From Eledone cirrhosa (Eukaryota), in NCBI GenBank assembly GCA_964016885.1, contig OZ024754.1, forward strand, positions 42,656,001-42,720,000: a stretch of 64,000 bases of DNA, read 5' to 3'. The translations under genes and the position numbers were made by a program. Positions 63,637 to 64,000 of this stretch are shown piece by piece. How positions within the stretch are numbered: the first letter of the stretch is position 1; the number at the start of each line of letters is the position of its first letter. The notes beneath the pieces are model-generated. The model was not told where the DNA came from, made no database searches, and saw only the letters and a program-made list of their open reading frames with translations.

Positions 63637-64000
63637 CTACAATAAAAAGAAGAAAAATATCAATTAGTTAGTTAAATATTTTATCTTTACAATACATTTC
63701 TTAAAAAACAATATGTTCATTTACACTTTGCCATTCATCTATATTACTATTACACATCCATCAGAGCATGCAAGCTTCATTTTTTTCTTTCCAGTCTTCG
63801 CAGAGCCTCTACCCACAGTGCCCAGGTCCCATGACCATGTAACATTGCTATTTGTATACATCATACAATCTGCCCTTCATTTTAAGGGGAAAATAAAGTA
63901 AATGGAAAGAAAAGAGCAAAAATACAACCAAACCCCATTTCAGAAATAGTAATAGTAATAGGTAGATTGGCAGAATCGGTAGAGCGTCGGACAATATGCT

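Overview
AT-rich, intron-rich animal DNA. The SINE/MITE repertoire suggests a coleoid cephalopod (octopod-like); this is an inference. I assembled six protein-coding genes by hand from GT-AG boundaries with consistent phase: L2HGDH (+, 9 exons, 455 aa), mitochondrial IF2/MTIF2 (-, 16 coding exons, 703 aa), a 14-exon bHLH + HMG-box gene with the MEIOSIN/BHMG1 architecture and two in-frame tandem-repeat expansions (+, about 1210 aa), a single-coding-exon sarcoplasmic Ca-binding (SCP-like) EF-hand gene (-), TMEM167B/kish-B (-, 74 aa, absent from the ORF track), and the last exon of HDHD5 (-). An intron-containing tRNA-Lys(UUU) lies antisense in intron 1 of the MEIOSIN-like gene. The rest is tRNA-derived SINEs, TTAA-flanked piggyBac-type MITEs, TA-flanked Tc1/mariner-type MITEs, RTE-LINE remnants and many minisatellites, several of them seeded from TE segments. 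Best leads: an invertebrate MEIOSIN-like meiotic-initiator candidate, the spliced tRNA-Lys, minimal hammerhead ribozyme candidates, a 117-bp near-perfect hairpin, and an unexplained multi-hairpin CpG-rich segment upstream of the MEIOSIN-like gene. All family assignments come from motif recognition; no database searches were run.
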